Counted from the first letter of the stretch, positions 13,979 to 27,950 are shown. The stretch is 64,000 bases of DNA from Eledone cirrhosa (GCA_964016885.1 OZ024745.1:70680001-70744000), one strand, 5' to 3'. The notes: a model not told the origin generated them from the sequence alone. Translations and numbers: made by a program.

Positions 13979-14577
13979 TGAAAAATATGGGAAGAAGGAT
14001 ACTGCGTGGTTGCACATGGGTTACATATTATAAAATTAGTCCCTCATCAGTGATTTGCCAACCGTCATTGGTATTCCATCGCATTAAAAATCATATACCT
14101 CAGGTTGGTGCGAGCAATAACTAAAATAAGCTATTGGGACAAGTGAGTCGCGTAAAGTGAGTGAGAGAAGTAAACAACATAGAAGGAAAAGCAAACCGAA
14201 GATGGGAATAACAACAAGCAACATGGTTATCCGATCAGCATAATCTGGGTGAATTTCATGAGCGTTCAGAATACAGACCTTTCGCCGTGAATGGGATGTG
14301 AGAAAGGAAGAATCCCACTCCTAACGAACGGGAGGAAGGGAGAAGGGGAGAAACAGAGAGTGGGTGAGTGGATGTACGAAGAAGAGGTCAGTCGAGAGAA
14401 AGTGTAACTGACAGAGGGGACGAAAGAAGGTAAGAAAACAGAGAGAACGGGGGAGCAGTAAGAGAGAAAGAGAGAAACAGATAATCGCAGTCTAGGTAAA
14501 TATGTATGAAAAATATGGGAAGAAGGATACTGCGTGTTTGCACATGGGTTACATATTATAAAATTAGTCCCTCATCA

Positions 14578-14580
<3 letters not shown>
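13979..14580. mobile_element. (TA)n-embedded element with 74-bp terminal direct repeats
   Basis: TGAAAAATATGGGAAGAAGG...TCCCTCATCAGTG at 13979-14052 and 14507-14580. Confidence 0.65.
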
Positions 14581-14613
<33 letters not shown>

Positions 14614-14923
14614 TTTTACTCTTTTACTTTTTTACCTGTTCTAGCCATCCGACTGAGGCCATGCTGGGCACCGACCTTGTTGCTACACATTCTATATATA
14701 CGTGTGTGTGTGTGTGTGTGTGTGTATATGTATGTATGTATTTATATATATATATATATAGTCTCTTCATTCTATATAATCCATGCTAATTCAACTCCCA
14801 CCTCTAGCTTTCCTTACCCTATAATTATACTGGTCTTTCTTTCTAATATTATCCTAATTATATCTTTAACTGAACCTGTTTACATAATCATTCATATTAC
14901 TTTAATATTATGCTTTATATGAC

Positions 14924-15012
14924 ATTTAACTTACAGTAATATTTAACTTACAGTAATATTTAACTTACAGTAATATTTAACTTACAGTAATATTTAACTT
15001 ACAGTAATATTT
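14924..15012. repeat. 17-bp tandem repeat (ATTTAACTTACAGTAAT) x5
   Basis: Exact units visible. Confidence 0.95.
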
Positions 15013-16112
15013 AGAACTATCCAATTCCGCCTTGGTATGGCCTTCAAACTCTACTCTAACTTTGGTACATAACTAATATTACAAAATAGGAATATTATTT
15101 GTTTTATAATGCCACCATCATAGCATCTTATACCTATTAATGAAATTTTATAATTCAAGCCTCTAAACCCTTCAATTCCTTGCGGTTATGTTTTATACAT
15201 AAATGTATCATTTTAATTTATTTCTATTACTTCATTTATCTTCTTATAGGTGTTTATTTCTGTAGTTTATCTGCTGCACAGCTTTGAGATTTGTTCTTCT
15301 TTGCCTTTTTTACTAATTTGTTTTCCTCATCAGCATTAAATTCATAACATATCCCTCTATGCATTAATTAGCTACTTGAAATAACTTAAAGGTTATTTGA
15401 ATATTATTATGTGCAAGCATGGCTGTGTGATGCATAATCGCATGCTTTCCAGTTAAGTCCAAATACGTGGCACCATGTGCAAATGTATTCCCTTTAGGTT
15501 AATTAATAGCTTGTGAGTGTATCTGTGTGTGCGTTTGTGTGTATGTGTTTGTGTGTGTGTGTGTGTGTTCGTGTGTCTTTACGCCTAACCTAACGGTTCG
15601 ACCAGAGATAACGTTAAAATATGCCCTAGGCTCAATATGATCGATAAAAGAATCCCTTCAACGCGGTCCCTATCTAATGACAAAGAAATAAAACAAAATT
15701 ATTAATCAAGCAAAATACCGTTGAAAATCTTTTTAAACAATCGCAAGTGTTTATTTACATATTTAATCTCTATTTGACAATATTAGATTAACATACAACG
15801 GAATTTAATTTTATTTTAAACAGATTTGTACAAAAGACGTATATTCGCATTTATTTTTCTCGTCCTTGCATTCTCCCATTTCCCCACTATATAAATGTGC
15901 AATATATATTACATAAAGTTGTAAAGCCGCGAGTTCGATTCCCAGTGACGTGTTGCGTCCTTAAGAAATACACTATATTTCACGTTGCTACAAGGAGTTA
16001 TATTTGCAATTCAAAGTGTCGGTCTTCTCTCTATAGTGTGGCGAGCTGTTTCTTACAGAAAGCTACGTTAAGGATGAACGCGTCTGTGGAAACTTAAGCA
16101 CATTAATTTCAT

Positions 16113-16416
16113 GTTCAAATCCCGCCGAGGTTGACTTTGCCTTTCATCCTTACGGGGTCGATAAAATAAAGTACCAGTAATGCACTGGATAATGGCTGGC
16201 CTTGTGCCTAAAGTAGAAACAATTAATTTCATGTGAATTGGCAGTATCGGTAGAGGGTTGGACGCCATGCTTTCTAGCATAGTTACGCCCCCTTTACAGT
16301 CTGAATTCAAATCCCGCCGAGGTTAACTTTGCATTTCTTCCTTACGGGGTCGATAAAATAAAGTACCAGTAATGTACTGGATTATTGCTAGCCTTGTGCC
16401 TAAAGTAGAAACAATT
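16113..16416 (+). mobile_element. Two tandem SINE family 1 copies (5'-truncated plus near full length)
   Basis: Both match 9584-9770; ATTAATTTCAT at 16102, 16222 and 16414. Confidence 0.88.
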
Positions 16417-16720
16417 AATTTCATAAGCTGTTTCGTTGTTCAAACAACTGTAACACACATCGTCGTAACCGCTGGAGACCCAACACAACAACAAACACGT
16501 GTTATTGTCTTTTATGTTCACATCCATCTCTTCGCCCAATATTACCAATACAAACGTAATATTAAAATGGTCAACATATAAGTTACTGTCCTCAACACAA
16601 TTATTCAATAAAACGTTACCATCGAATATGTTTGAAAAATCCTCCACTATTACTATTTTCTATATATGTGATATACATATCTACCATCTCAAGACTCACA
16701 CCTTCTACATAATTCCTCCG

Positions 16721-16722
<2 letters not shown>

Positions 16723-16783
<61 letters not shown>

Positions 16784-17009
16784 CTGTATATATAAATATA
16801 TATACAAGTCTGTGTGAATGTATGTATGTATGAATATGTATATAAACATATATATATATATATATACATATATAGATGCATATATATATATATACATATG
16901 CCCATATATATATATATATATATACATATATATGCATATATATATATATATACATATGCACATATATATATATACATATATATGCATATATATATATATA
17001 CATATGCTC

Positions 17010-17054
<45 letters not shown>

Positions 17055-17067
17055 CATATATATATAT

Positions 17068-17162
<95 letters not shown>

Positions 17163-17196
17163 TATATAAATATATATATATACATTTATATATATA

Positions 17197-17228
<32 letters not shown>

Positions 17229-17229
17229 A

Positions 17230-17260
<31 letters not shown>

Positions 17261-17279
17261 CATATATATACATATATAT

Positions 17280-17324
<45 letters not shown>

Positions 17325-17440
17325 TATACATATATATACACACACATATATATATATATATATACATATATATATACATATATATACACACATATATATA
17401 TATATATATATATACATATATATACATATATATACACACA

Positions 17441-17504
<64 letters not shown>

Positions 17505-17537
17505 TATACACATATATATATATATATATGCATATAT
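16723..17537. repeat. Long interrupted (TA)n array
   Basis: About 800 bp of TA with CA/TG interruptions. Confidence 0.97.
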
Positions 17538-17783
17538 GAAAGCCAAAAAAGATCCTGGTCTTATAGCATCAAGAACTGTGTAGATTATATCTCTCTGCGA
17601 CTCACCCTCTCCCTCGTACGATTGAGCATATTGACCTGTGGTGACTGCTGTCTGCTGAAATCGCTTAGAGCTGTACCCGATCGAAAGACTACACAAAATA
17701 CAGAAACATGACGATATGTATGGATTATATGTATTGTGTGTTCGTATGTATGTACTACATGTATGTATATATGCAAATATATA

Positions 17784-17826
<43 letters not shown>

Positions 17827-17845
17827 TTATATCTGTATATATATT

Positions 17846-17891
<46 letters not shown>

Positions 17892-19342
17892 GGTATGTAT
17901 GTATGTGGTGTGTGGGGTTTGCATGTGTGTGTGTGTGTGTGTATGTGATGCGTCTGTGTATATGTGGTGTGTGTATGTGTATATGTTTGTGTATTAATAT
18001 TTGTGTGGATTTCTCTGAGTGGAAAATGGAGAGCACGTGTGCACTTGATGGTGGAATATAGTAGTGTTGGAATTTTTAGGTTATGATTAGTAGCATCCAA
18101 CTACATCCATGCAATGTATAGGTGGAATACGTCGATAAATTTCTTTTATTTTCGTCTCTCTCCCATTCAACGTTTCATTCTTCCTATAAAGAGATCATAG
18201 AAATGTAAGGTTGACTTGGAGCCGTGCCCACTCTCTTTCGTCTTAAGATGAAATATGATGAATGACTATGCATGAGAAAATGGTTTTCCGATTCTGAAGA
18301 CTGTGAAGTAACGCTGCTAATATATATCCAATACTCAACTAAATATACGTAGAATGACAAAAAATGAAAACGAGGTTTATTTGGGGCACAAATATTTACT
18401 TAAACTAAATATAACCAGTTTTTGTTTTGTTTTATGTTAGTGCCAACCCTCCATAATTATATATTGTTGCTTTCTGTTAGTCTTATGGTTGATTAATATG
18501 TGGTAGAATATTTCATACCTCCAATTTTTACTTCACCAATTATCACCTGAGCGAATTCGTTAGAACTTCGAATAGAGTCCTTTGCAATATTCGTTCCTGC
18601 TATCTGCAATCTGACGTATAATCATTTTGAGATCAGCTTTGCCATTCATCTTTTCCAGGTCGATAAATAAGGTACCAGACTAGTGCCACTATTTCTCTCG
18701 CTCCCTGTTCTTTTTCGAAAGAATCCTGGAGTGTGATCGCCTCCACTAGGTTTTATAACCCCCAAGACATAACTTACGCCAGGACAACTTCCCTACGCAT
18801 CTGACACGAATTAAGGTTCCATTCAGTGCAAGGATGGAATCGTTGACTAACACTGTTGACACGTTTCGTTCAGAATGTTTTCTTCATAAGATTTTAAAAT
18901 TTGTGACGAAGCTGGCCATTGAATTACAAACACACCTGATTTCCTCCAGGTGAGTGAACTGAAGCAATGTAGTTGTAAGAAACTCTCAGGAAAGCTGAAG
19001 AGCAGAAGGTCGTCAGAGAAGAAGCCTCACTCAAGTGAGTGTCTCAGCCCTTAACTGTAAAATAAAGTGTCTTGCTGAAGGACACACAAAGCACACGATC
19101 AGGAATAGATCACATGACTTCAGGATCTTCAACCGAACACTTTAATCACTAAGCATATGATGCTGTAATGTATGATAATGACCATATCAGGTGTGAGCAA
19201 GGTTAAGTCGCTCGGAGTTTAGCAGTTGGTGGTCCACTGTAATTGCCATCAATGATGTATATACCCTTTATATATATATTCATATATATATATTCATATA
19301 TTCATATATATATATTCGCCTCTTTTATATATATATATATAT

Positions 19343-19834
19343 AATAAATGTAATCTGAGTTTTTCGAATATTAATAATAACATTCGATTCGTTTGTAATT
19401 ATGCAAACAAACCTCATTTTTATAGCCATGTCAGTAGAATGAACCCTTCATTCTTGCTCGTGTGTTGGCATGTGAACAGAACTGCAGACACTAATGTTTC
19501 TGGGTATCACCCTTCATCAGTACAGCTCACTGTTTGCCTTTCAACTCTCAGAGCCAATGGAAATATATGGTATTTTCAAAAATATATAGTGACTGATCGG
19601 CCTGATCTGGATATTAGCAGACAGGCTGATAAGTCAGATATGCATATTAGCAGATCCACTGATCAGCCAGATTTGTATATCAGCAGACTGGCCAGGCAGT
19701 TTCCTGTATACGAGCGATAAATGGTCGGCTTTGCCAAATTCAAATTAAAAAGAAAAAATGTTTCGCTCTACATGGCTGAATACAATAAATGTAATCTGAG
19801 TTTTTCCAATATTAATAACATTCGATTCGTTTTT

Positions 19835-19838
<4 letters not shown>
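19343..19838 (-). mobile_element. Hammerhead-bearing short element with a partial tandem terminal repeat
   Basis: ~50-bp direct repeat AATAAATGTAATCTGAGTTTTT...CATTCGATTCGTTT at 19343 and 19783; (TA)n on both sides. Confidence 0.75.
19479..19528 (-). ncRNA. Type I hammerhead ribozyme (GUC site, 8-bp stem I)
   Basis: Minus strand gagctgta-CTGATGA-agggt(gat)accca-GAAA-cat(ta)gtg-TC-tgcagttc. Confidence 0.85.
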
Positions 19839-19910
<72 letters not shown>

Positions 19911-19919
19911 AGAATTCAT

Positions 19920-20480
19920 AAGAATCAAAGCTATGTTCAAAGCATTTATTCACTTACAATTGTTTCATCCAAACCTAGGCTTGAAGTCTTCGGAGCATTT
20001 TTCAATGTTATACACATGATTGACCTCCTTTCCAACGCAAGAGATATAGAGATACATATGTATATATTGATGTACAGTGTAACACCCTGCCGAACAATAA
20101 TCATGTAATCATATATAAATGAGACACACGTGCATGCCCCACGTGTAACTAACGCATAAAATAACTAACTAACTACTACATCTGACTAACAAACTATCCT
20201 CTTGCATTATCTATATTAACTGCCGATTGTATTTTAATTTTGTTTTGATTTTGTTCTAATGTGATTTTGATTTTGAATTTGAATTGCTATACAGAAATAT
20301 AATATAATATATGTCACTCCACTGTACATCAATATATACATATGTATCTGTATGTATCTTGCGTTGGAAAGGAAGTCAATCATGTGTACAAACATTGAAA
20401 AATGCTCCGAAGACACCAAGCCTAGGTTTGGATGAAACAATTGTAAGTGAATACATGCTTTGAACATAGCTTTGATTCTT
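19920..20480. mobile_element. Inverted-repeat element with a variant hammerhead core (CCGAAGA)
   Basis: ~160-bp inverted arms 19920-20079/20320-20480; tgct-CCGAAGA-..ccaagcc(ta)ggtttgg..-GAAA-caattg-TA-agtg at 20403-20449. Confidence 0.7.
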
Positions 20481-20617
20481 GTGTTGTGTGCTCAGTTTGC
20501 GCATGCGCCACATCCGGGTGTCTGTGTGTGTTTGTGTTCATTTATCTATTTGTTTATTTATTTACATGTTGTTGGTTGGTTGTTTGTTCTATGTGTGTGT
20601 GTGTTTTCATGTTGTCC

Positions 20618-21045
20618 TTAATTGTAAGTTGTGATGTTGCTGTTCCACTCATATTTTCTATTTAATTTTGGTTGTAATTCTTTTATGCTTACTGCCTCTG
20701 TAATTTGCCTAAACATTGCATCTTTTCTGTGTGTGGATTCTATTTTTATTTCTATGTTCTCTAATTTACCCTTGTGTTCTATCTTAGCATGTTGGTAGAG
20801 TACAGATGATTCTTTATTATCTTGAAGGTCTCGCCAGTGTTCATTTATTCGTTCCCCTATACTACGAGCTGTCTCACCTATGTACACTATATTTTTGTTT
20901 CTACATTGTCCTTCAGTACATCTTATGCTATACACTACATTTCTAGTTTTACAGTTAATATGGGGGCTTATTTTACAGGTTATACATTTCTTATCTATAC
21001 ATGAGGGTCTTTGGAACGGGTATGTCTTCCTAATAAATGTTTTTA
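20618..21045 (-). pseudogene. PLE Cys-rich linker plus GIY-YIG endonuclease fragment
   Basis: RKTYPFQRPSCIDKKCITCK...NVVYSIRC...[17 protein letters not shown]...EAVSIKELQPKLNRK aligns with the C-terminus of ORF 43912. Confidence 0.92.
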
Positions 21046-21217
21046 CTTATTAGCAAGACATACCCGTAAATAAATAAACAAATAGATAAATGAACACAAA
21101 CACACACAGACACCCGGATGTGGCGCATGCGCAAACTGAGCACACAACACACACACAGAAACAAAATGGCGTAGGACAGAAGAAAGGAAAGGCACAGAAA
21201 CAAAGAAAGGAATCCCC

Positions 21218-21262
21218 AGTCACTGAAGAGGTCACAGAGTGTGTGACGAAAGGACTATGACT
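21218..21262 (+). ncRNA. Minimal hammerhead ribozyme in the PLE pLTR
   Basis: agtca-CTGAAGA-ggtcaca(gagtg)tgtgac-GAAA-ggac-TA-tgact. Confidence 0.85.
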
Positions 21263-21421
21263 ATATATAAACAACTATCTGGTTGTGGAACCAACCAACC
21301 AACCAGAAATTTATTTAGTTTGTAGATTTGTAAATTTATAAATTTATAAATATATAATAAATTGAAGTGAAAGCAACTGGTGCGTGTGTTTCTTATTGGC
21401 AACATGACCCTCCCAAAGTAT

Positions 21422-21458
<37 letters not shown>

Positions 21459-21564
21459 TATATATACATATATTCGCCTGTTCATCACAGGGTCATTTTT
21501 TTATGAATATTAAAGCTTTACTTCGGTATTGAGTACACTTTTCACTCAGCTGTCAACCACATAC

Positions 21565-21607
<43 letters not shown>

Positions 21608-22031
21608 CATGTATGTAATTGTATATTATTTTAAGACTAAGATATATTTTAGTATGAAAGGGGACTGTCATTAAAAAGTAAGTAGGTTTTTTAATCTTCG
21701 CCGAGGAGCTTATGGTTCAGTCTAATCTGAATCACTTACCAGTGGTATAGCGCCAGTACTGACATAATAGCTTGTTGATCCGGTTAGTAAGTAACATTGA
21801 CCTTAGCTCACTAATCCCTCACTGAATTTCTACAACAATATCACCAAAACAAAAGCAACAAAATAAGGAAATGCCAATACAAAATACAATGGCAACAACA
21901 TCAACTGCATTGACATCGACATGAAAAATATTTCCTAAAATTAGAACAATAGAAACAGCAATATGTTTATTGCCCAGAGACCAATCAGGAAACGAGGCAT
22001 GCTGTAATCAAAAGAATTTTGACCACGCCTT

Positions 22032-22115
<84 letters not shown>

Positions 22116-22230
22116 CGTATGTATGTGTGTGCGTGCGTATACATATATATGTGTATGTAAGTATATATATATATATATATATAATATATTTGTGTGTGTG
22201 TGTGTGTGTGTGTATGTATATATATAAGTG

Positions 22231-22273
<43 letters not shown>

Positions 22274-22284
22274 ATATATATATG

Positions 22285-22315
<31 letters not shown>

Positions 22316-22348
22316 GTATATATATATGTATATATGTATATACATATG

Positions 22349-22395
<47 letters not shown>

Positions 22396-23199
22396 GTATA
22401 TATGTTTCTTTATTAGCCACAGGGGCACAAAAGAAGGGGACAGATACACTATATATAGACACACCTATATATATATACATATTTATACACACACACACAG
22501 ACATATATATATATATATATATATACAGGTGTACAAACATCCCGATAAATGCATAGACACAAATACTCACCGTGTGCGTTTGTAGGTGCGTGTGTGTATG
22601 TGCGTATGCGCGTGTGTTAAACACATAGATGGACTCACAGAAATGTATGTTTACATGAATACATATTTGTATAACATGCTTGCATTCAATTTATACATAT
22701 CTGGTTTTGTGTGAGATGTTTAAATGTTTGTGTTTCCTTCTTACAGCAATTGCGTGTTTGTTCAGAACCAGAAATATGTAAATAACATAGTTAAAGAGAT
22801 TAGTGATTGTTTCTAGGAAATCTAAATTATAACTTTACAACATTTTTGTCCGTCATTCACACGATCGCTAATATCTGTCAATAATATAGAAAGTTAAGAA
22901 CGAATGTTCTAAAATGCTTTCATTCATACCAGAATTAAACGGGTTGTCCAAGGTGTTGTTCTTTTTTTCTCTCATTCTCTCTCTCCCTCTATAGATAGGG
23001 AGGGAGGGGAAGGTAGATATAGAGATGTAGAATTATATACGTGTGTATGTATATAGATATGTGTATGTAAAACTTAACGCCACCGTGAGCGCTACATCAT
23101 CTGTATGATGTGGAAAATATTCCAATATACCTAAATGATGTTAACATCAACTTTAAAATTCACCCAAGACTTGGACCTCGTACTATTCGCTCACTCCAA

Positions 23200-23535
23200 A
23201 AATCAAACACGCACTCTAACGCAATGATACGACAAATACTTCGCCTCAACTGGTCCCGCTCTCTTTAATATCATACCGAAATACTTCAAGACAGAAACAT
23301 ATTCCATCATATTTAAATGATTCCTGGATAAATTCCTCCAAGATATCCCAGATAAATCCCTTACACCCGGATATGACTCCGAAAACAACAACTCTTTACT
23401 AGAGTGGACCACGGTATCCAATGCATGAATGATTAGATTGTGAACACATAATCTGAAAGACTTCGCCAGGTGATTCTATTACGTTAAACATGGCCTAGGC
23501 TAACACTGGCCGAAACCTATCAAAGTTATCTAAGA
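23200..23535 (+). mobile_element. 3' end fragment of a non-LTR retrotransposon (CR1/L2-group-like)
   Basis: Reads FASTGPALFNIIPKYFK...FK*FLDKFLQDIPDKSLTPGYDSENNNSLLEW, resembling ORF2 C-termini of this group. Confidence 0.7.
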
Positions 23536-24048
23536 AATATATCTAAAACACAAAGATAATATTGTTATATTGTTGTTTGTTGATTTGGTGAAGAAATCAC
23601 ATATTACGTATTCTGTCCATGATATATCATATTTATGTAGAATATTAATGTTTGGTTTGCGATTAGATATAATTTTCAGTGTTTTGTAAGTTATATTTTG
23701 TCCTCTAAATATTTTCTTAAGGCATAAAAAAAAGCTTTAACGAGATCAGCCTGTGGCTACATGTTGTGGATTTCATTATGTTGCCATCAGTCAAGACAGA
23801 TCTCATCTTAGAGTCATTATCATTGTCATTCTCTCTTTCTGACTCAACAGTAATACAGAAAAAGAAAACATACAACAAGCATGAATGTGTAGTTAAGGCA
23901 TTGGTTTCACAACCAATTGGACAGGGGTTCAGGCACGTTGCTGAGCTCCTTTGAAAATAGTGTTATACTCTAGCGCCGGGTTGATGAATGTCTAGCGAAG
24001 AAAATTTAGACGACAGAAACTATGCGAAAGTCAATTGTATATATGTAT

Positions 24049-24094
<46 letters not shown>

Positions 24095-27000
24095 GCGTGT
24101 GTGTGTGTCTTTGTGCGTGTGTATTGGTTCGACGAAAATATCGAGCAAGCATAAAAAAGAAATACTGAGGACGATATGATCGACTAAATCTCTTTAAAGG
24201 ACACAGACTGATTATTGAATCCAGTAAAAAAGTTAGATATTTCAGATTCCGTAATCAAAGAGTACTACTGTCTTTAATTATTTGTGACCTAAAATAAACT
24301 GATTTTTACCAAATATTGAGAATATATGCCTAAGTCTTTCATACGAGATATTTTTATTTCTACTTTTCCTCGTAATTTGTTCTCTTTACACACAGAAATA
24401 TCATGGATAGAAATAGCTTGCTTCTATATTCTTCTTTTGATAAATTCTAATTATCATCGATTGAGTCTTGTCAATGTACCAAATAGTGAAAGTACGTTAG
24501 AATCATTATATTTCTTGGTATGATTTTCTGACAACAAACTTTCACCACCCTTCGAGAATTTGTTAAGGTATCAAATTTAGTTTTAAAGTTAGAATCGATA
24601 TCCCTATATTCATTGTATTTTTAGTACAACGAAGTCATATACAGTGCAAAATATGTTATTGTGTATGTGTAAATATTTTCATTTGGCGATGAATCTATAG
24701 CAATTCACCTGATTGTTGCACTGCTGGTATCAGAATCATTCCAATGTCATTTTATTGATTGTACTAAATAATACTGCGTGTATCAGCTTAAAAATAGGTT
24801 CACCATATGTAAGAGGCAACTGAATATTTTGGCAGCAGAAAGGGCATCTGGCCATATAACACTGCTTCAAAAAGGACGCCCTGGTGTTTATGTTAGCTGC
24901 CGTGGAACCAGCAAAGCTAACACATTTGCTGATACAGAGAAAATATCCTTAAAACAGCTGTGTTGTTGTATTGTATTATATAAAATTAAGGATATTACCT
25001 GAGCTCCGCTGGTTGCTAATCAAATTTAAATCTACTAATATTTCGTACTAAGAACATATATAATCCTGTAACTTCTAGAAATTTTGGCAAAAGCGAAAGA
25101 GGCCATATTATTCTAATTATTGATTCGAATCATTTACCAATTAAGTTTTGTTGTTTTTTAATAACATGGTATAACTATACATCATGAGTGCATGTGCGAA
25201 TGTGTGGCGAAGTTATTGACAAGTTAATAATTCTGAATATAATATAGTTTCTCGATGCAAAGAGGTAACGTTACTGCCAAATATACGTCCGAAAATGTTA
25301 CTGTAGACGTGTAAATTGAAAATGTAAATGTATGATATTATACCATACGGTATATAACAATGTCATCACTGTAGTAAGTATGATAATCCAAAACCTTATT
25401 TGTACTACATATGACTGAATGTGTAATTTTAAACTTAATGAAGGCAAATAACACACACATGTATGCGGATACACACAAATACATACACGTACACACATAC
25501 ATATACGTATATATATATATATAATACGACAGAGATAGAGGTAGAAAGAGAGAGAGAGTGTGTGTGTGAGAGAGAAAGAAAGAAAGAAAGAAAGATGTAA
25601 GTATGATTAGCTTTTGAGTTTGTATTTCAACAAAGTTCTATGATTTCAAATATATAAAAAATACAAACAAAATAGATGGGAAAGAAACACCAGAAAGAAC
25701 CGAAGAACTGAAGAATAGGAAACCATTATCGATGTTATTTAAAGACAAAATACATCGATTTCACCTAACTATTGTTTTTACCGAATATCTAACAGCATTT
25801 TACGAATAAGAGCAGAATGAGAGCGAAATTGAAAAATATTGAAATTTGACTATATTTCAAATAATACTAATGATACTACTATTTAACTACTTTTTTTTTC
25901 TCTTAAGGCACGAACATGGATTTGTTATGTTATTCTTATTTCTTTGCAAGTAAGGTGAAATCTTGCATCGATTAAACAAATTTAATATGAGAACGTCACA
26001 TGTATTAAAATTTAGAAAGGATATGGTGCCTGCTCATTTTCATATTATTTTTGATGTTTTGTTTTATTTTATTTAGTTTCTTCTATTTTGCTACCTTTAA
26101 TTAATTTATGAGCTGCTATCATTCACTATTAATCCTGTCTATGAAAAAATGCGGAATTTTTTTTTTTTTTTTTTTTTCATGTAGCATGCTTCAAGCGAAA
26201 TGTAACGATGTTTCATTGACGCAGTAACATCTCATTGTTAGACAAAGCAAGGGCGGCGGTAGATTAGCAATTTCGTGAGAGCATCGGACAAAATGTTTTG
26301 CGTGATTTAATTATGGACCGAAATCAACATCATTTATCATCCTTCCCAGAGCGATAATATAAAGCACCTGTCAACTACTCACTCCAAATTGCAGTATGTG
26401 TGCAGATACCATTGTTAGATAAAGACAAACCTAGTCTACGTCACCTAACAGACAGAATATTGCAAGCTAGCAAATTCCAGCTGCTTTGCAATAGGTTTCT
26501 TGTTAGAACTTATAGAGGAAGAAATGATCAGGTATTATGGGCCACCTGCCTCCTTATTTCGATTCAGATGGAGCCGCATGAAGTGGAGGTATACTGTTCG
26601 AGCATCGCTTTTACCATCCTCTAGGGTTAGCACCTACCCATTTTAACTCATAAGTGTTAGATCAACCCAAGGATGTGTTAAACGATACTTTCTCAATATG
26701 CTACGCAGGAGGACCGGACCTGGAACCTCATGATTGTAAAACAAACTTCTCATATCCGTCCATGAGATCCCAACACCTGGAGGAAACTTAGGTGTTCTGT
26801 GGTGACACTTAAGCCTGGCGCCACCTGCTCTGAACACAGCTGATCTCCTCCAGAGAAAGAACGAATAGTGATATAGAGGAATAATTAACACCAGAACTGG
26901 ACTGATACTTTATCATTTGACCTTAATGATATTGTTGACTGCAACAGGATTTAAACACAAATCACAAAGAGTCGGAACGAATACCGCAAAACATTTAATC

Positions 27001-27706
27001 AGATTTTCTAGTGAATTTGCCAAATAGCCACCCTTCCTTAATCATACTACTTTTATATTCCACCAAATTATTTTAATTGCTATATAATTTCTCAAGCTTT
27101 TAATCGATCCGATACTCTCAGTGGCATGGACTGGAACAATTATGCTATCTCAAGCATCCAGTATAAAGAAACCGTGAATGTAATAACTTAACATTTAAAA
27201 GATTTAGTAGAAAGTAAACATAATCGATATATTATTACCTAGCTATACTATTTAAAGAATTTGACTGGAAGCTAATCGATATACTAACGTAGAGAACTGA
27301 TATGCCATCATGCCATTTCAAGAACTTTAATGGAACTAATCGATGCACTAGTTATATTATTTGGAGATTGTTTAAAGAGAACTAGGCACAGATCAATACA
27401 ATAATGTACTTGAATATATTTTAAGCTGATTAAAATATACACGTAGATCCATTCTGGAAAACATCTGCAACGTCTAGTAATGTCTGTTTTTATAAAATCC
27501 CCCCAATATATATATATATGATCCTTATTATAATCTGGAGATATGGTCAATATCGGGCCCTTGAAATTTAGGTTGCGCTTTCATTCCGGGTATGAACATA
27601 AATAAATAATGTATATATATATATATATTTATTAAAATGTATATATGTATATATATATATAAATGTATATATATATATATATATATATTAAAATGTATAT
27701 ATATAT

Positions 27707-27950
27707 ATATTTATTAAAATAACAGATTAAAGTTTAAGCAAAGAATCGCTGCTTTCACCCTTAACGGGATCTTCTGAAACTCAGAAGTTTCAGAAGGTCC
27801 CGTTAAGGGTGAATGCAGCTATTCTTTGCTTAAACTTTAATCTGTTATTTTAATAAATATATGCTCTACGGTTCATATATATTTGATATATATTTATCCT
27901 TATCGAGCCCTCTTTGCATTTTAGTCTTCAAATTTATTATTATTACCATA
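27707..27950 (+). mobile_element. Fold-back short element with a degenerate hammerhead
   Basis: Arms about 27707-27780/27785-27860; CAGAAG(A/G)-tccc(gttaa)gggt-GAA(A/T); hairpin gctc...tc-gagc at 27863-27908. Confidence 0.65.

Larger units (their letters stand above)
20481..21426. mobile_element. 5'-truncated, inverted Penelope-like element, same clade as 43893-46191
   Basis: GIY-YIG on the minus strand, 3'UTR/pLTR on the plus strand, 85-bp inverted overlap 20481-20565/21066-21150, terminus ATGACCCTCCCAAAGTATAACAA-(TA)n. Confidence 0.9.

Noticed and set aside
14036-14052. CTGATGA on the minus strand (also 14564-14580, and isolated CTGANGA at 5076, 18995, 28827, 54645)
   Set aside because: No stem II followed by GAAA...UH, so not called hammerheads.
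17653-17693. Hammerhead-like CTGAA-atcg...cgat-c-GAAA-gac-TA (and a similar trace at about 43040-43085)
   Set aside because: Core nucleotides are missing and stem I is only 2-3 bp; too decayed to call.
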